From the sequence record PP400784: a DNA stretch of 64,000 nucleotides. One strand, 5' to 3'. Positions within the stretch are counted from its first letter, which is position 1, and every line of letters begins with the position of its first letter. Of this stretch, positions 1 through 8,297 are shown one piece after another. This DNA is from Escherichia phage FL38. The notes beneath the pieces are model-generated. The model worked only from the letters and a program-made list of their open reading frames with translations. It was not told the origin of the DNA and made no database searches. Made by a program: the position numbers and the translations under genes.

Positions 1-561
1 CTGGTGTATGCTGTTAAGGTTCCAGAAAACAGATTGAATTATGAAATGGACCGTAACCACAATGCGCCAAACATTCGAATTACCGGACGTGATTTTGATC
101 CGCTTGTGTTGAGCTTTAGAATGGACTCTAGCGCATCAAACTATAGAGCAATGCAGGATTGGGTTAACTCAGTAGAAGACCCCGTTACAGGGCTTCGTGC
201 GCTTCCTGTTGACGTTGAAGCAGATATTCAGGTCAACTTACATAACCGAATGGGAGTCCCTCACACGATCATGATGTTTAATGGTTGTGTTCCTGTTGGT
301 GTGAGTGCACCGGAATTAACCTATGAAAACAACAACGAAATTACAACATTCGATGTTACTTTTGCGTATAGGACTATGCAAACTGGTGCTGTAGGAGAGC
401 AAGCCGCGCGAGAATGGATTGAGGATAAGGCAATAAACGCAATAACAAACACTTTCGGCAATAATTTACTTGATAGTGGGTTATCTGCTGCTGGTAATGC
501 TTTATCTCGTCTAAATGGCGTTGGTGGGCGTGTGGTGAATACTGTCACTAACTGGTTCTGA
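1..561 (+). CDS. 54: Late structural protein, probably baseplate/tail-tube gp54-like, C-terminal part; gene starts upstream of window
   Basis: Open frame runs from window edge to stop at 559-561; position upstream of alt matches T4 order 48-54-alt. No direct motif recognised. Confidence 0.45.
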   Translation: MVYAVKVPENRLNYEMDRNHNAPNIRITGRDFDPLVLSFRMDSSASNYRAMQDWVNSVEDPVTGLRALPVDVEADIQVNLHNRMGVPHTIMMFNGCVPVGVSAPELTYENNNEITTFDVTFAYRTMQTGAVGEQAAREWIEDKAINAITNTFGNNLLDSGLSAAGNALSRLNGVGGRVVNTVTNWF

Positions 562-568
562 TAATCGA

Positions 569-599
569 AAGGCGGGGATAATCCCCGCCTTTTTATTTT
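569..599. terminator. Bidirectional rho-independent terminator between convergent genes
   Basis: GC hairpin GGCGGGG-ataat-CCCCGCC followed by T-run on plus strand; sits between gp54 stop and minus-strand lipoprotein stop. Confidence 0.7.
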
Positions 600-1078
600 G
601 CTAAATCATTGCAATATTTTAGTGCCTTAGTTTGAAATTCTGCGCTGTTAAGTTCTTCATAACGGTCATAATCACCGTTTAATGCTGCCTTTCTTGCTTC
701 TTGCTCTATCTGCATGTCAGACATGATAATACAGCGATCCCGCGCTTTCATCTTCTCAAGTTGTATAGACTCTTCTTTCTGCTTGCGCAATTCTTCTTGA
801 CGCTTCTTTTCTTCTTGTGCTTTCTCTTCCCGCGCTTCTTTGATTGCATCCTTGAACATCTGCGTTTGTGGTGCTAAGCCAACTTTAACGCGATCCACGT
901 CTCGACGTTCCATTTTAGAAATAAAGCATGATTCAATCTGATCATCACTTGCATATGCTGCTTTACATTCACGAAGCAAGAAAACCGGATCTGATTTAGC
1001 ATTCATCATAGCTTCCATGTTGGCACAACCAGTAAGCATGAATGCAGCCGCAAGACCAATCAGTTTAATCATTTTCAT
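593..1078 (-). CDS. Predicted lipoprotein with charged coiled-coil region
   Basis: N-terminal signal peptide with lipobox LTGC (MKMIKLIGLAAAFMLTGC); K/E-rich helical segment. Confidence 0.6.
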   Translation of the reverse strand: MKMIKLIGLAAAFMLTGCANMEAMMNAKSDPVFLLRECKAAYASDDQIESCFISKMERRDVDRVKVGLAPQTQMFKDAIKEAREEKAQEEKKRQEELRKQKEESIQLEKMKARDRCIIMSDMQIEQEARKAALNGDYDRYEELNSAEFQTKALKYCNDLAK

Positions 1079-1899
1079 TTAGTCACCTCACCGAAAATTG
1101 TAAATTGTCTACGATTCTCATCGCCGAAAGATTCTACTACGTCGTTTACCTTGACGCAAGTCCCGCGCGGTAAAATTACTTCACATTCGCAAGGATTCCA
1201 TGCAATGGACCCAACAACAAAACCTTTATGATCTTTTACGTCAATTACCCATGATACATTACAAGAATGTTGCATCTTTCCGGTCATTGATTCATATCGA
1301 TTCTCACAATAAAGGCTAGTGCTGTTTGATAGCCATCCTCCAAAGATGATCGGTGTCATGCTGGTAGATACAAAGTTTTTAAAGGTAAACTCCTTATCTT
1401 CAATGATACGCTCTATTGTCTGAATGTCAAGATGTTGACCGCGATAAAGAGTACCGTTTAACTTTTCGGTTTTATCCATGACACAATCCATCAAATCAAC
1501 AATCTCTGATATCTCATCGGTCATGTCTTCTTCCCCTAAGAGAGCACCATTTACCCATTCGTATTGCTCAGACACATAATCACAGATTGCATTATATTCT
1601 GCTGGTGTTATGTTGTTATGTTTGTAATGTTTGAATACATTATCTCCAAAGTCTTCGGAGTGTACTTCATACATCACATTAATGATTTTCTTGACAAATC
1701 CATAATCTTGTGTCTCACGCTCAAGGAAGCGGATAACCTTCACATAATCATCAAAGTTAATCTGATCGCTGATCATCTCAGTGATCATGTAGCCATTAAT
1801 CCCCTCAATGTCATATGTTTCGATGTAATTATCCATACGTTCCATCATTGATTCGCGTGATTCTTCCGAAAGACGAAAATCCTGTAATTTCTTGAACAT
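1075..1899 (-). CDS. Alt-like ADP-ribosyltransferase paralog
   Basis: R-S-E ART motifs (LYRGQ, FVSTSM, CECEVILPRG) closely parallel the C-terminal domain of the adjacent Alt ORF. Confidence 0.7.
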   Translation of the reverse strand: MFKKLQDFRLSEESRESMMERMDNYIETYDIEGINGYMITEMISDQINFDDYVKVIRFLERETQDYGFVKKIINVMYEVHSEDFGDNVFKHYKHNNITPAEYNAICDYVSEQYEWVNGALLGEEDMTDEISEIVDLMDCVMDKTEKLNGTLYRGQHLDIQTIERIIEDKEFTFKNFVSTSMTPIIFGGWLSNSTSLYCENRYESMTGKMQHSCNVSWVIDVKDHKGFVVGSIAWNPCECEVILPRGTCVKVNDVVESFGDENRRQFTIFGEVTK

Positions 1900-1924
1900 T
1901 TTAAACCTCCCATATAACAGAAAA

Positions 1925-1951
1925 CGGGGCTAGTATAAAACTAGTCCCCGT
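1925..1951 (-). terminator. Hairpin/terminator downstream of alt
   Basis: Stem GGGGCTAGT/ACTAGTCCCC with U-rich tract on minus strand. Confidence 0.5.
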
Positions 1952-1977
1952 TTGAGTCAACCATTATTTCTTAAAAA

Positions 1978-4029
1978 TTACATTTTAAATTTATCTGGCA
2001 TTGCGTCTACAGATACCAGATCAGCGATAAGCTGACGTAGAGTTGCCTTATCTGCTTTCTTACGTTCGGTTTTAGCTTCGCTAATGAAGCTGGAGAAAGA
2101 CAGGTCAGAAGCAGGTTTAACAACACCTTCACGGATGAATGCATCACCGTCCGCGATCATCTCGCCAGATTCTTGCAATGCTGCCAGTTCATTTTTGTTC
2201 ATAATATGTGCCTCAATGTAATAAGTTTCTTGTGAATCCGTCGATGCCGTAGCACGAGTTACCGTATCAAAGGATAACACAACACCGCGAGGAAGTAAAA
2301 TCTCGCATTCTTTGTAAGCAAATGCTTTGTTACCTACTGGCAAGACAGGGATGTTTTCCGCGCCAGCAATGGAGAAAGCAACATTAGCGCCACCTTCACC
2401 GCGAGAGCCAGCCATAGAATCAACACCAGCAACGGCACTAGCCACGTTTGCATTCCAGCCGCCAAAAATGTTAGGTGCAAGGGAAGTGCTCACATAGTTT
2501 TTAAAGTAAAACGCTTTTTGCTTACGTGCAGTTTCCCACATTTGCGACCGGAAGTCCATACCACGATACAGAATAGTACCCGGATCAAGTTTAACGCCAT
2601 AGTTGGAGAAGGCATTATCCAGTGCATCGCACATCTTGACCAATTCTTCTGGATCTGAGATGCCTTCAAACTCTTCCAGCTTACGGTCGGTTAGGAAGTT
2701 GTTCATATTGATGTATGCTGCATCGGCATATTCGCTCAACACAAAACCTTCCGCGCCTGGCAGATCAAGATCAATATCTGCCATCATTTCACCCATGTTG
2801 CTAGCAATTGCTTCAAACATACCGGAAGCAACATTACGTAGGGCATCGGTTTTGATCTGGGTGATATGACTACGCAGCATTTCAGCTTTTACATCTGCTG
2901 GCATAGACTGGTCTACTCGATCCATTGCCAGGGCGGTGATCTTGTTTTCGAATACTTCCTCGCTCATGATTTCTTTTAAGCGTTTGATTGATGCTGCGAT
3001 AACTTCCGCAGACAACGGATCATATTGATCCTGAACTTTTACCAGTTCGCTTACTGCGTATTTTGCATCGGCTTCGCTTTCAAAAATAGTACGCATGAAA
3101 CCATAGCGAGTGATAATATCACTTGTCCATTCATTCAGAGAACGGGCGGTTGAACGTTCTAAGGCTTGACGATCAATCAGAGTATTAAACTGTTTCTTAG
3201 GTTCGGCTTCGGTGATATCTTCTTCCGGTTTAAGATTAATTTTTTCTGGATGATTCACATAGTCGCTGTTATAGGTCGCTTGAGTTTTCAGCATTTCTTC
3301 TTTAGTCAAACGAGATTTAGCCGCTACGCGTTGTTCTGCTTCCGCGTTTCGTTCTTCTTCTGACACAAGACTGGCCGCATATGCCTCATCTTTAGTCAGA
3401 GATTCACCAGTAGCCTTAGATACCCAGCGATCACCTAAATCACTTTCTACTTTAGTGAACAAGGATTCATCAAGTTTAATCCCTTTAATCTTATCAATCG
3501 CCATCCCGCGACGCTTGACAACAACTAAAGCGATCTTTTTGCTGGTCATTACTTCCTGCTGGAATACTTCAAACTTCGGTGTACGACGCACCAAACGCTC
3601 TATAACGCGCTTAACCAGTTCGGTCTTACCTTTCATGCGGGATACGTTAAAACGGAACATAACAGCGTCTAATTGCGCTTTACGGGCTGTTTCCATAACC
3701 ACATCAAAAGCACTTGACATAACTGCAATCGGGTTATCGCCTAGACCATTTTTAAGCTGTACAATACGACCGCTTTTGTTCATTTCGCACAGTACAACAT
3801 GTGCGGTCTTGTCACCCATACGAATGATTTTAGGTGTTTTGTTGGTGAAGTTACAAAGACGGACAATCACATCTTTATCGCGTGTCTGTACTGCAAAAAG
3901 CTGTTTAGGATTCTGCTTAGGCTTTAAGCACTGTACCGGAGCAATACTGCCAAAGTTTTCTTCCTCTTCCGTCAACAGCCATTTCTCGAAAGATTCAATC
4001 ATTAGATCGTCGATTTCTAAGTTAAACAT
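1978..4029 (-). CDS. alt: Alt, packaged ADP-ribosyltransferase acting on host RNA polymerase
   Basis: 683 aa (T4 Alt 682 aa); ART motifs YRGMDF / YVSTSL / ECEILLPRG; position between gp54 and DNA ligase region. Confidence 0.85.
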   Translation of the reverse strand: MFNLEIDDLMIESFEKWLLTEEEENFGSIAPVQCLKPKQNPKQLFAVQTRDKDVIVRLCNFTNKTPKIIRMGDKTAHVVLCEMNKSGRIVQLKNGLGDNPIAVMSSAFDVVMETARKAQLDAVMFRFNVSRMKGKTELVKRVIERLVRRTPKFEVFQQEVMTSKKIALVVVKRRGMAIDKIKGIKLDESLFTKVESDLGDRWVSKATGESLTKDEAYAASLVSEEERNAEAEQRVAAKSRLTKEEMLKTQATYNSDYVNHPEKINLKPEEDITEAEPKKQFNTLIDRQALERSTARSLNEWTSDIITRYGFMRTIFESEADAKYAVSELVKVQDQYDPLSAEVIAASIKRLKEIMSEEVFENKITALAMDRVDQSMPADVKAEMLRSHITQIKTDALRNVASGMFEAIASNMGEMMADIDLDLPGAEGFVLSEYADAAYINMNNFLTDRKLEEFEGISDPEELVKMCDALDNAFSNYGVKLDPGTILYRGMDFRSQMWETARKQKAFYFKNYVSTSLAPNIFGGWNANVASAVAGVDSMAGSRGEGGANVAFSIAGAENIPVLPVGNKAFAYKECEILLPRGVVLSFDTVTRATASTDSQETYYIEAHIMNKNELAALQESGEMIADGDAFIREGVVKPASDLSFSSFISEAKTERKKADKATLRQLIADLVSVDAMPDKFKM

Positions 4030-4062
4030 TTTATATCCTCTAGTTGATAACCTATAAACCTA

Positions 4063-4070
4063 TATTTATG
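4063..4070 (-). promoter_or_regulatory. Possible T4-type late promoter for alt (CATAAATA, 7/8 match to TATAAATA)
   Basis: Minus-strand CATAAATA about 35 nt upstream of alt ATG, just downstream of a terminator hairpin. Confidence 0.3.
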
Positions 4071-4073
4071 AAA

Positions 4074-4097
4074 ACGGGGCTTAACGCCCCCTTTTTA
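4074..4097. terminator. Hairpin terminator upstream of alt
   Basis: GGGGC-ttaac-GCCCC stem-loop flanked by T/A-rich tracts on both strands. Confidence 0.55.
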
Positions 4098-4310
4098 TTA
4101 TAATGCACCATCGAGCAATTGCTCTAAGGTGTATCCTGAATAGTCTTTTTCAATCAGGATATATTTTCCTACTCGTTTAATACAACCGCGCATTTCAACG
4201 TATTCTGCGTAGTTGATGGTACGAGTTGTTCCATCTTCCAGTAATGCAGTACCGATTTCGTTAATGCGGTCATAAGTTACGTCGGTAATGATGATTTCGA
4301 TGTTAGCCAT
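4098..4310 (-). CDS. Hypothetical early protein (70 aa)
   Basis: ORF with SD AGGAG and upstream promoter cassette. Confidence 0.6.
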   Translation of the reverse strand: MANIEIIITDVTYDRINEIGTALLEDGTTRTINYAEYVEMRGCIKRVGKYILIEKDYSGYTLEQLLDGAL

Positions 4311-4346
4311 TTGATACTCCTTAGTAGTTCGTTTCGGTATGGGTGT

Positions 4347-4375
4347 ATTATGCTATACACCCTCTGTTATGTCAA
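4347..4375 (-). promoter_or_regulatory. Early sigma70-type promoter cassette (PeSL-like)
   Basis: Minus strand TTGACA-17 bp-CATAAT, A-tract upstream, conserved leader CCATACCGAAACGA then SD. Confidence 0.7.
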
Positions 4376-4381
4376 CAACTT

Positions 4382-4561
4382 TTAGAACATTTTTGAAATT
4401 AATTTTGCTTTGATTTCGCAGAGAACACCTAAAGATTTCTCGTCACCCGCTTTTGCTGCTTCTGATTGCATTTTTGAAATTGCTTCAATGTCAGTGCAAT
4501 TATAAGCCGCTTGAACTTTAGCGATTGCGATGATTGCCGATTCGATGGTTAAGTGTTTCAT
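4382..4561 (-). CDS. Hypothetical small protein (59 aa), not in ORF track
   Basis: ATG with SD AGGAGAA, flanked by promoter cassettes on both sides; translation MKHLTIESAIIAIAKVQAAYNCTD... Confidence 0.5.
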   Translation of the reverse strand: MKHLTIESAIIAIAKVQAAYNCTDIEAISKMQSEAAKAGDEKSLGVLCEIKAKLISKMF

Positions 4562-4593
4562 GTTTGATTCTCCTTTCGTTTCGGTATGTGTGC

Positions 4594-4622
4594 ATTATAG
4601 GGGATCACTGATCCCCTGTCAA
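4594..4622 (-). promoter_or_regulatory. Early promoter cassette with palindromic spacer
   Basis: TTGACA-GGGGATCAGTGATCCCC-TATAAT on minus strand; spacer is a perfect 17-bp palindrome. Confidence 0.7.
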
Positions 4623-4633
4623 CAACTTTTTAG

Positions 4634-5149
4634 TTATTTTTTTAATTGCTCATCTTGCAATAGGGCAATCACATGCTGGCGATGTTCTTCCGATTGAGGA
4701 ACACCGAAAAAGTTTGTTTTGTAGAAATACTCTAATCGGTCTTCTCGTGTGCTCTCTTCCATCATGATCGCGGGTAGTCCGAGATTTCGGAAACGTCGCT
4801 TTTCTGCTGGCGTAAAATCACTGTAATACAACATAGAATCATCATTACCAGCAATGCTAAACTCATCTTTCATGAAGGAGAATATTGCGTTTAAACGCTG
4901 TTTACCGTCCACGATTTCGATCTCATAGCGAGAGCCATCATCAATCTTAGCCATTGCGATAGCACCAACAGGAAAATCATTAATCATGTTTTCGATAAAC
5001 ATACGTTTGTTTTCGGTGTCCCATACCAAAGGACGCTGATAATCTGGGTTCATGTTGATAAAGCCATCTTCTAACCACGCCTCATAAACAGAGATGACAA
5101 AGTTTTTAGTATTGGTATAGTAACGGCGTTTAGGCGTTAAACGGTTCAT
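4634..5149 (-). CDS. DUF262 / ParB-like nuclease-domain protein (171 aa)
   Basis: Motifs DYQRPLVWD and IVDGKQRLNAI typical of DUF262 (GmrSD N-terminal, ParB/Srx fold); start trimmed to ATG with SD AGGAGA abutting upstream stop. Confidence 0.55.
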   Translation of the reverse strand: MNRLTPKRRYYTNTKNFVISVYEAWLEDGFINMNPDYQRPLVWDTENKRMFIENMINDFPVGAIAMAKIDDGSRYEIEIVDGKQRLNAIFSFMKDEFSIAGNDDSMLYYSDFTPAEKRRFRNLGLPAIMMEESTREDRLEYFYKTNFFGVPQSEEHRQHVIALLQDEQLKK

Positions 5150-5150
5150 G

Positions 5151-5480
5151 TTATAGTCTCCTGAATGGATCATCACGTAAATCAATATCTTTTAAGAACT
5201 CATCCCATGAATGGCGGATATTGTTCTCAATTCTCCAGATAAGCGCAGGGATTGAACGTTCTCCCATCTGGAAGTAAGGATCATATGATCCATATGCCCA
5301 ATATGCTACGACAATTCCACAATCAGCGCAATAATATTCTATTTCACTTGCTGGCGACCAAAGTCCATCAATATGATCAGTGATCTTGCTTTCGATGTTA
5401 TGGCTATGGCAATCAGGGCAACGGATGCAATGACCTTGTTTATCGTAATTTGACGTTAGAGAATACTTAAACAATCTCAT
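5151..5480 (-). CDS. Zinc-ribbon protein (109 aa)
   Basis: Cys clusters C-IRC-PDC and YCADCG; TAATG stop/start overlap with upstream gene. Confidence 0.5.
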   Translation of the reverse strand: MRLFKYSLTSNYDKQGHCIRCPDCHSHNIESKITDHIDGLWSPASEIEYYCADCGIVVAYWAYGSYDPYFQMGERSIPALIWRIENNIRHSWDEFLKDIDLRDDPFRRL

Positions 5481-6196
5481 TATAGATCCTTATTGGCTTC
5501 AAATACTGCCTTTGCGAATCCTCGCGGCGTAAGTGACCTGATAGTCTTTGTTTTCGTTCCTTTCCCGCCTAGCTTAGAATGCTGTTTACTGTACCCTTTA
5601 TTAATCTGCAAAGGTTTCTTTTCTGGCATTATAAAGCCTTGTCCGGTCCATAAGCAAGTCTTTTTCGGGTACATATCACGGGCGGCAATATACTCAGGAA
5701 ACGTAGGATGTTTGTCATCTTCCGGCAAATAACCGCCATATTCCCACGGATGGAACATGTAATCAGGCTTACGCCACATACTAGAGATAACGCTTACAGG
5801 ATTCTCTATCATGTAGGGAACTCCTAGCCATTCACCCAAATAAGCGGTTATTTTAGCTGCCCGTACATCATGAACTTGAATCAATGGTCCTTGTTCTCGT
5901 TTCTTTCGTTCAAAGTGCGCAGCGCCACTAACAGCTAAATTGGTGCACGGTGGGAATGCAAAGATAATATCCGGTTTCCCCCATTCAAGGTCCATTGCTC
6001 TTTCCAGCCAGTTCAAATCAATCCAGGTGTTTACATAGGTAATGTTTGGATGTTCAAATCTGGTATTATACTTTTTGTATGTACCGTGGTCGGCGTCATC
6101 CGCATTAAAGCAGACTACATTATGACCTGCTTTAGCCCATTCTAGCCCCATTATCCCCGATCCGTCAAAGTTGCAGAATATTAATTTTTGTTTCAT
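5480..6196 (-). CDS. SAM-dependent methyltransferase-like protein with C5-cytosine MTase-type motifs (238 aa)
   Basis: FCNFDGSG (motif I-like), FAFPPCTNLAVSGA (PC catalytic motif IV-like), VPYMIENP (ENV motif VI-like); no obvious target-recognition domain. Confidence 0.4.
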   Translation of the reverse strand: MKQKLIFCNFDGSGIMGLEWAKAGHNVVCFNADDADHGTYKKYNTRFEHPNITYVNTWIDLNWLERAMDLEWGKPDIIFAFPPCTNLAVSGAAHFERKKREQGPLIQVHDVRAAKITAYLGEWLGVPYMIENPVSVISSMWRKPDYMFHPWEYGGYLPEDDKHPTFPEYIAARDMYPKKTCLWTGQGFIMPEKKPLQINKGYSKQHSKLGGKGTKTKTIRSLTPRGFAKAVFEANKDL

Positions 6197-6438
6197 ATAC
6201 GACCCTTTAACCCAGTACAGATTTTAGTCGGTTCTTTACCGTGCCACATTAAGTAAAGTCCGTTAATGCGACCTTGTTTTGTGTGTGATTCTTTTCTGAT
6301 CTTCTTATAGTGTCGTGCTTCCTCAACCGATTGTTTAGAATACCAATCATAAAGGAATAGGCACAAAGGCCAACCATTAGCGGCCTTAATGCAGTTATTA
6401 AGAAATTCCTTATTGCGTTTAATTAATTTTCTTTTCAC
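6193..6438 (-). CDS. Hypothetical protein (81 aa), apparent GTG start
   Basis: ORF overlaps neighbours by 4 nt at both ends (GTGA / ATGA), suggesting translational coupling. Confidence 0.4.
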   Translation of the reverse strand: MKRKLIKRNKEFLNNCIKAANGWPLCLFLYDWYSKQSVEEARHYKKIRKESHTKQGRINGLYLMWHGKEPTKICTGLKGRI

Positions 6439-6686
6439 GCTGCCCCCATTGGTTTGATAGTAACAGAATCTAAAAGACCTTTGTTAGCCAGTTCGCGGCA
6501 AGTTTTCAGATCCGCAACTTCCCAGCCAGCCGCAATCAGGTTATCAATGAGGCTGTTAGCAACTTCTTCGCTCATGAAAGAGCACTGTTTGCCTATGGTG
6601 TAGCGTACACGCTGTAATTTCAGTTTACGGAAGCCTTTAACGTTCAGGTCTTTAGCGATTTTCTTTGCGGTTTCGATGTTAGCCAT
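6435..6686 (-). CDS. Hypothetical protein (83 aa), first gene of coupled cassette
   Basis: ATG with SD AGGAGAATCA directly downstream of promoter cassette. Confidence 0.6.
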   Translation of the reverse strand: MANIETAKKIAKDLNVKGFRKLKLQRVRYTIGKQCSFMSEEVANSLIDNLIAAGWEVADLKTCRELANKGLLDSVTIKPMGAA

Positions 6687-6726
6687 TGTTTGATTCTCCT
6701 AAGTGGTATCTCGTCTTGATGGTTGT

Positions 6727-6756
6727 ATTGTAGGGGATCTCCCGATCCCCTGTCAA
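6727..6756 (-). promoter_or_regulatory. Early promoter cassette
   Basis: TTGACA-18 bp (GGGGATCGGGAGATCCCC)-TACAAT on minus strand. Confidence 0.65.
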
Positions 6757-6770
6757 CACTTTTTATAAAA

Positions 6771-6938
6771 TTATTTGTTAATTTCTGGTGCGTTGCTAGG
6801 ATAGTAACCTTCTTTAACACCCAGGTATTTCGCAACCATCCCTACAATCTTCTGTGCTACTACAATGTCAAATTTCAGATAATCTTCGCCGTGGGTTTCA
6901 ATGATATATGCTTCACATGCTGCTTTAGTCTCGAACAT
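6771..6938 (-). CDS. Small protein (55 aa), copy A of duplicated gene
   Basis: MFETKAACEAYIIETHGEDYLKFDIVVAQKIVGMVAKYLGVKEGYYPSNAPEINK; near-identical second copy at 10581..10748. Confidence 0.65.
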   Translation of the reverse strand: MFETKAACEAYIIETHGEDYLKFDIVVAQKIVGMVAKYLGVKEGYYPSNAPEINK

Positions 6939-6971
6939 TTTGATTCTCCTATTTCGTTTCGTTATGTGTGT

Positions 6972-7000
6972 ATTATAGGGGATCTCCCGATCCCCGTCAA
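6972..7000 (-). promoter_or_regulatory. Early promoter cassette
   Basis: TTGACG-17 bp-TATAAT with GGGGATC...GATCCCC arms in spacer. Confidence 0.7.
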
Positions 7001-7013
7001 CAACTTTTTAAAA

Positions 7014-7487
7014 TTAGTTGCACCAAATTCGAATGATTTCGTCTCGTTCAAATTTTTGCCAGATTACTCGGTCGCCCGCTGCCATAATACTGACAAATCC
7101 AGTTATATTTCCGGTGTACTTGCTTTTAGTTTCTGCATCATATTCAAAGAATGGAGCTTTAAGATCGCTAAACTCATCTTTTCCCACAAACTTCATAACA
7201 TGACGGTGTGCGTAATATTCGCTTCTTAGTGTTGTTGTGATAGTTCCGTCATCATTTGATTTCAGATGCAATTCGGCATCTTCATAAAGACTTGCATCTC
7301 GTTGTTTACTTTCGATACCATCATTATATGTTGATTTGGTTGCACTCCAACATTGATATGTCTTATCTACATTTTCGATCTTTTCCTGTGTCATGTCAAA
7401 AAGCGGCGCAACCTTTTTCTTAGCCGCGTGCGCAACGTTGGTCATAGACAGTGCCGCAACAACCACAATCGCAATAATTTTCTTCAT
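7014..7487 (-). CDS. Predicted secreted/periplasmic protein (157 aa)
   Basis: N-terminal signal peptide MKKIIAIVVVAALSMTNVAHA with AHA-A cleavage site. Confidence 0.6.
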   Translation of the reverse strand: MKKIIAIVVVAALSMTNVAHAAKKKVAPLFDMTQEKIENVDKTYQCWSATKSTYNDGIESKQRDASLYEDAELHLKSNDDGTITTTLRSEYYAHRHVMKFVGKDEFSDLKAPFFEYDAETKSKYTGNITGFVSIMAAGDRVIWQKFERDEIIRIWCN

Positions 7488-7548
7488 AATATCATCTCCT
7501 TTGGTTTATATGGCGGGAGTATCTTAGCAATACTCCCTTAATACTATA

Positions 7549-7830
7549 TTATTCGTGATTAGTTTCGATGTTGTGCATTTTGCACCAGTTCAGCCAATCG
7601 CCCAGATCTTGATAGTTGATGCTTTTATCTGCTGCCATCGTTTTTGTCTTGATACCCATATGTGCGTTATGAGTAAGCATTTTTACAGTGAACTCAATTT
7701 TATCGCCTTTAGCTTTAACATCAACCAGTTTGGTCCACTGGCTACCAGCGCCGCGAATGTTCATGCCAACGATGTTTCCGATGTATGCTTCTTTGTTTTT
7801 CAGGATTTCGGTTGCTTTGATGAATTTCAT
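7549..7830 (-). CDS. Hypothetical protein (93 aa)
   Basis: ORF with SD and upstream promoter cassette. Confidence 0.55.
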   Translation of the reverse strand: MKFIKATEILKNKEAYIGNIVGMNIRGAGSQWTKLVDVKAKGDKIEFTVKMLTHNAHMGIKTKTMAADKSINYQDLGDWLNWCKMHNIETNHE

Positions 7831-7863
7831 TTTTGATTCTCCAGTTCGTTTCGGTATGGGTGT

Positions 7864-7892
7864 ATTATGCTATGTTCTTACTTTGGTGTCAA
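7864..7892 (-). promoter_or_regulatory. Early promoter cassette
   Basis: TTGACA-17 bp-CATAAT on minus strand with conserved leader. Confidence 0.7.
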
Positions 7893-7902
7893 CAACTTTT
7901 TT

Positions 7903-8172
7903 TTAGATATTTTCAGAAATAAATTTTAAAACTTGACGTAAATGTTTCTCATCTTTGATGGTCGCCGGAAGTTCTTCTTTTACTTCCTGTGCAAGATAGA
8001 TATTTCCGTTCCAAGTGAAAGATCCGTCTTCGTTTACGCGATAGCTGAACATCCACTCGCAATCATTTTCGATTTCATATACACACAGAAGGGTGTAATC
8101 GTTAAAGCTATTGATTTCAATGTCGAAGCCGTGACGTTTTGCAAAGTTGGTAGTGGTTTTAGTCAGTGCCAT
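7903..8172 (-). CDS. Hypothetical protein (89 aa)
   Basis: ORF with SD AGGAGAATCA and promoter cassette. Confidence 0.55.
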   Translation of the reverse strand: MALTKTTTNFAKRHGFDIEINSFNDYTLLCVYEIENDCEWMFSYRVNEDGSFTWNGNIYLAQEVKEELPATIKDEKHLRQVLKFISENI

Positions 8173-8212
8173 TGTTTGATTCTCCTAAGTGGTATCTCGT
8201 TTCGATGGGTGT

Positions 8213-8241
8213 ATTATGCTATAGGCGTGGTCTGGTGTCAA
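8213..8241 (-). promoter_or_regulatory. Early promoter cassette
   Basis: TTGACA-17 bp-CATAAT on minus strand. Confidence 0.7.
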
Positions 8242-8261
8242 TTCTTTTTTTAATTTTATGC

Positions 8262-8292
8262 AATAAAAAAAGCCGACGCTAAGGTCGGCTAA
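8262..8292 (-). terminator. Rho-independent terminator
   Basis: GCCGAC-gctaag-GTCGGC hairpin followed by U7 on minus strand, downstream of 8298..8606. Confidence 0.7.
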
Positions 8293-8297
8293 TAAAA

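Noticed and set aside
3455-4057. Plus-strand ORFs inside minus-strand genes (for example 3455..4057, 2603..2869, 29326..29931, 47337..48083, 51745..52092, 53531..53950)
   Set aside because: They lie antisense to well-supported conserved genes (alt, gene 32, rIIB, rIIA), lack SDs and have low-complexity translations; treated as shadow ORFs.
6644-6835. ORF-track entry 6644..6835 (63 aa)
   Set aside because: It spans a promoter cassette and overlaps, out of frame, the better-supported 55-aa gene 6771..6938 that has an SD and a duplicate copy; likely spurious.
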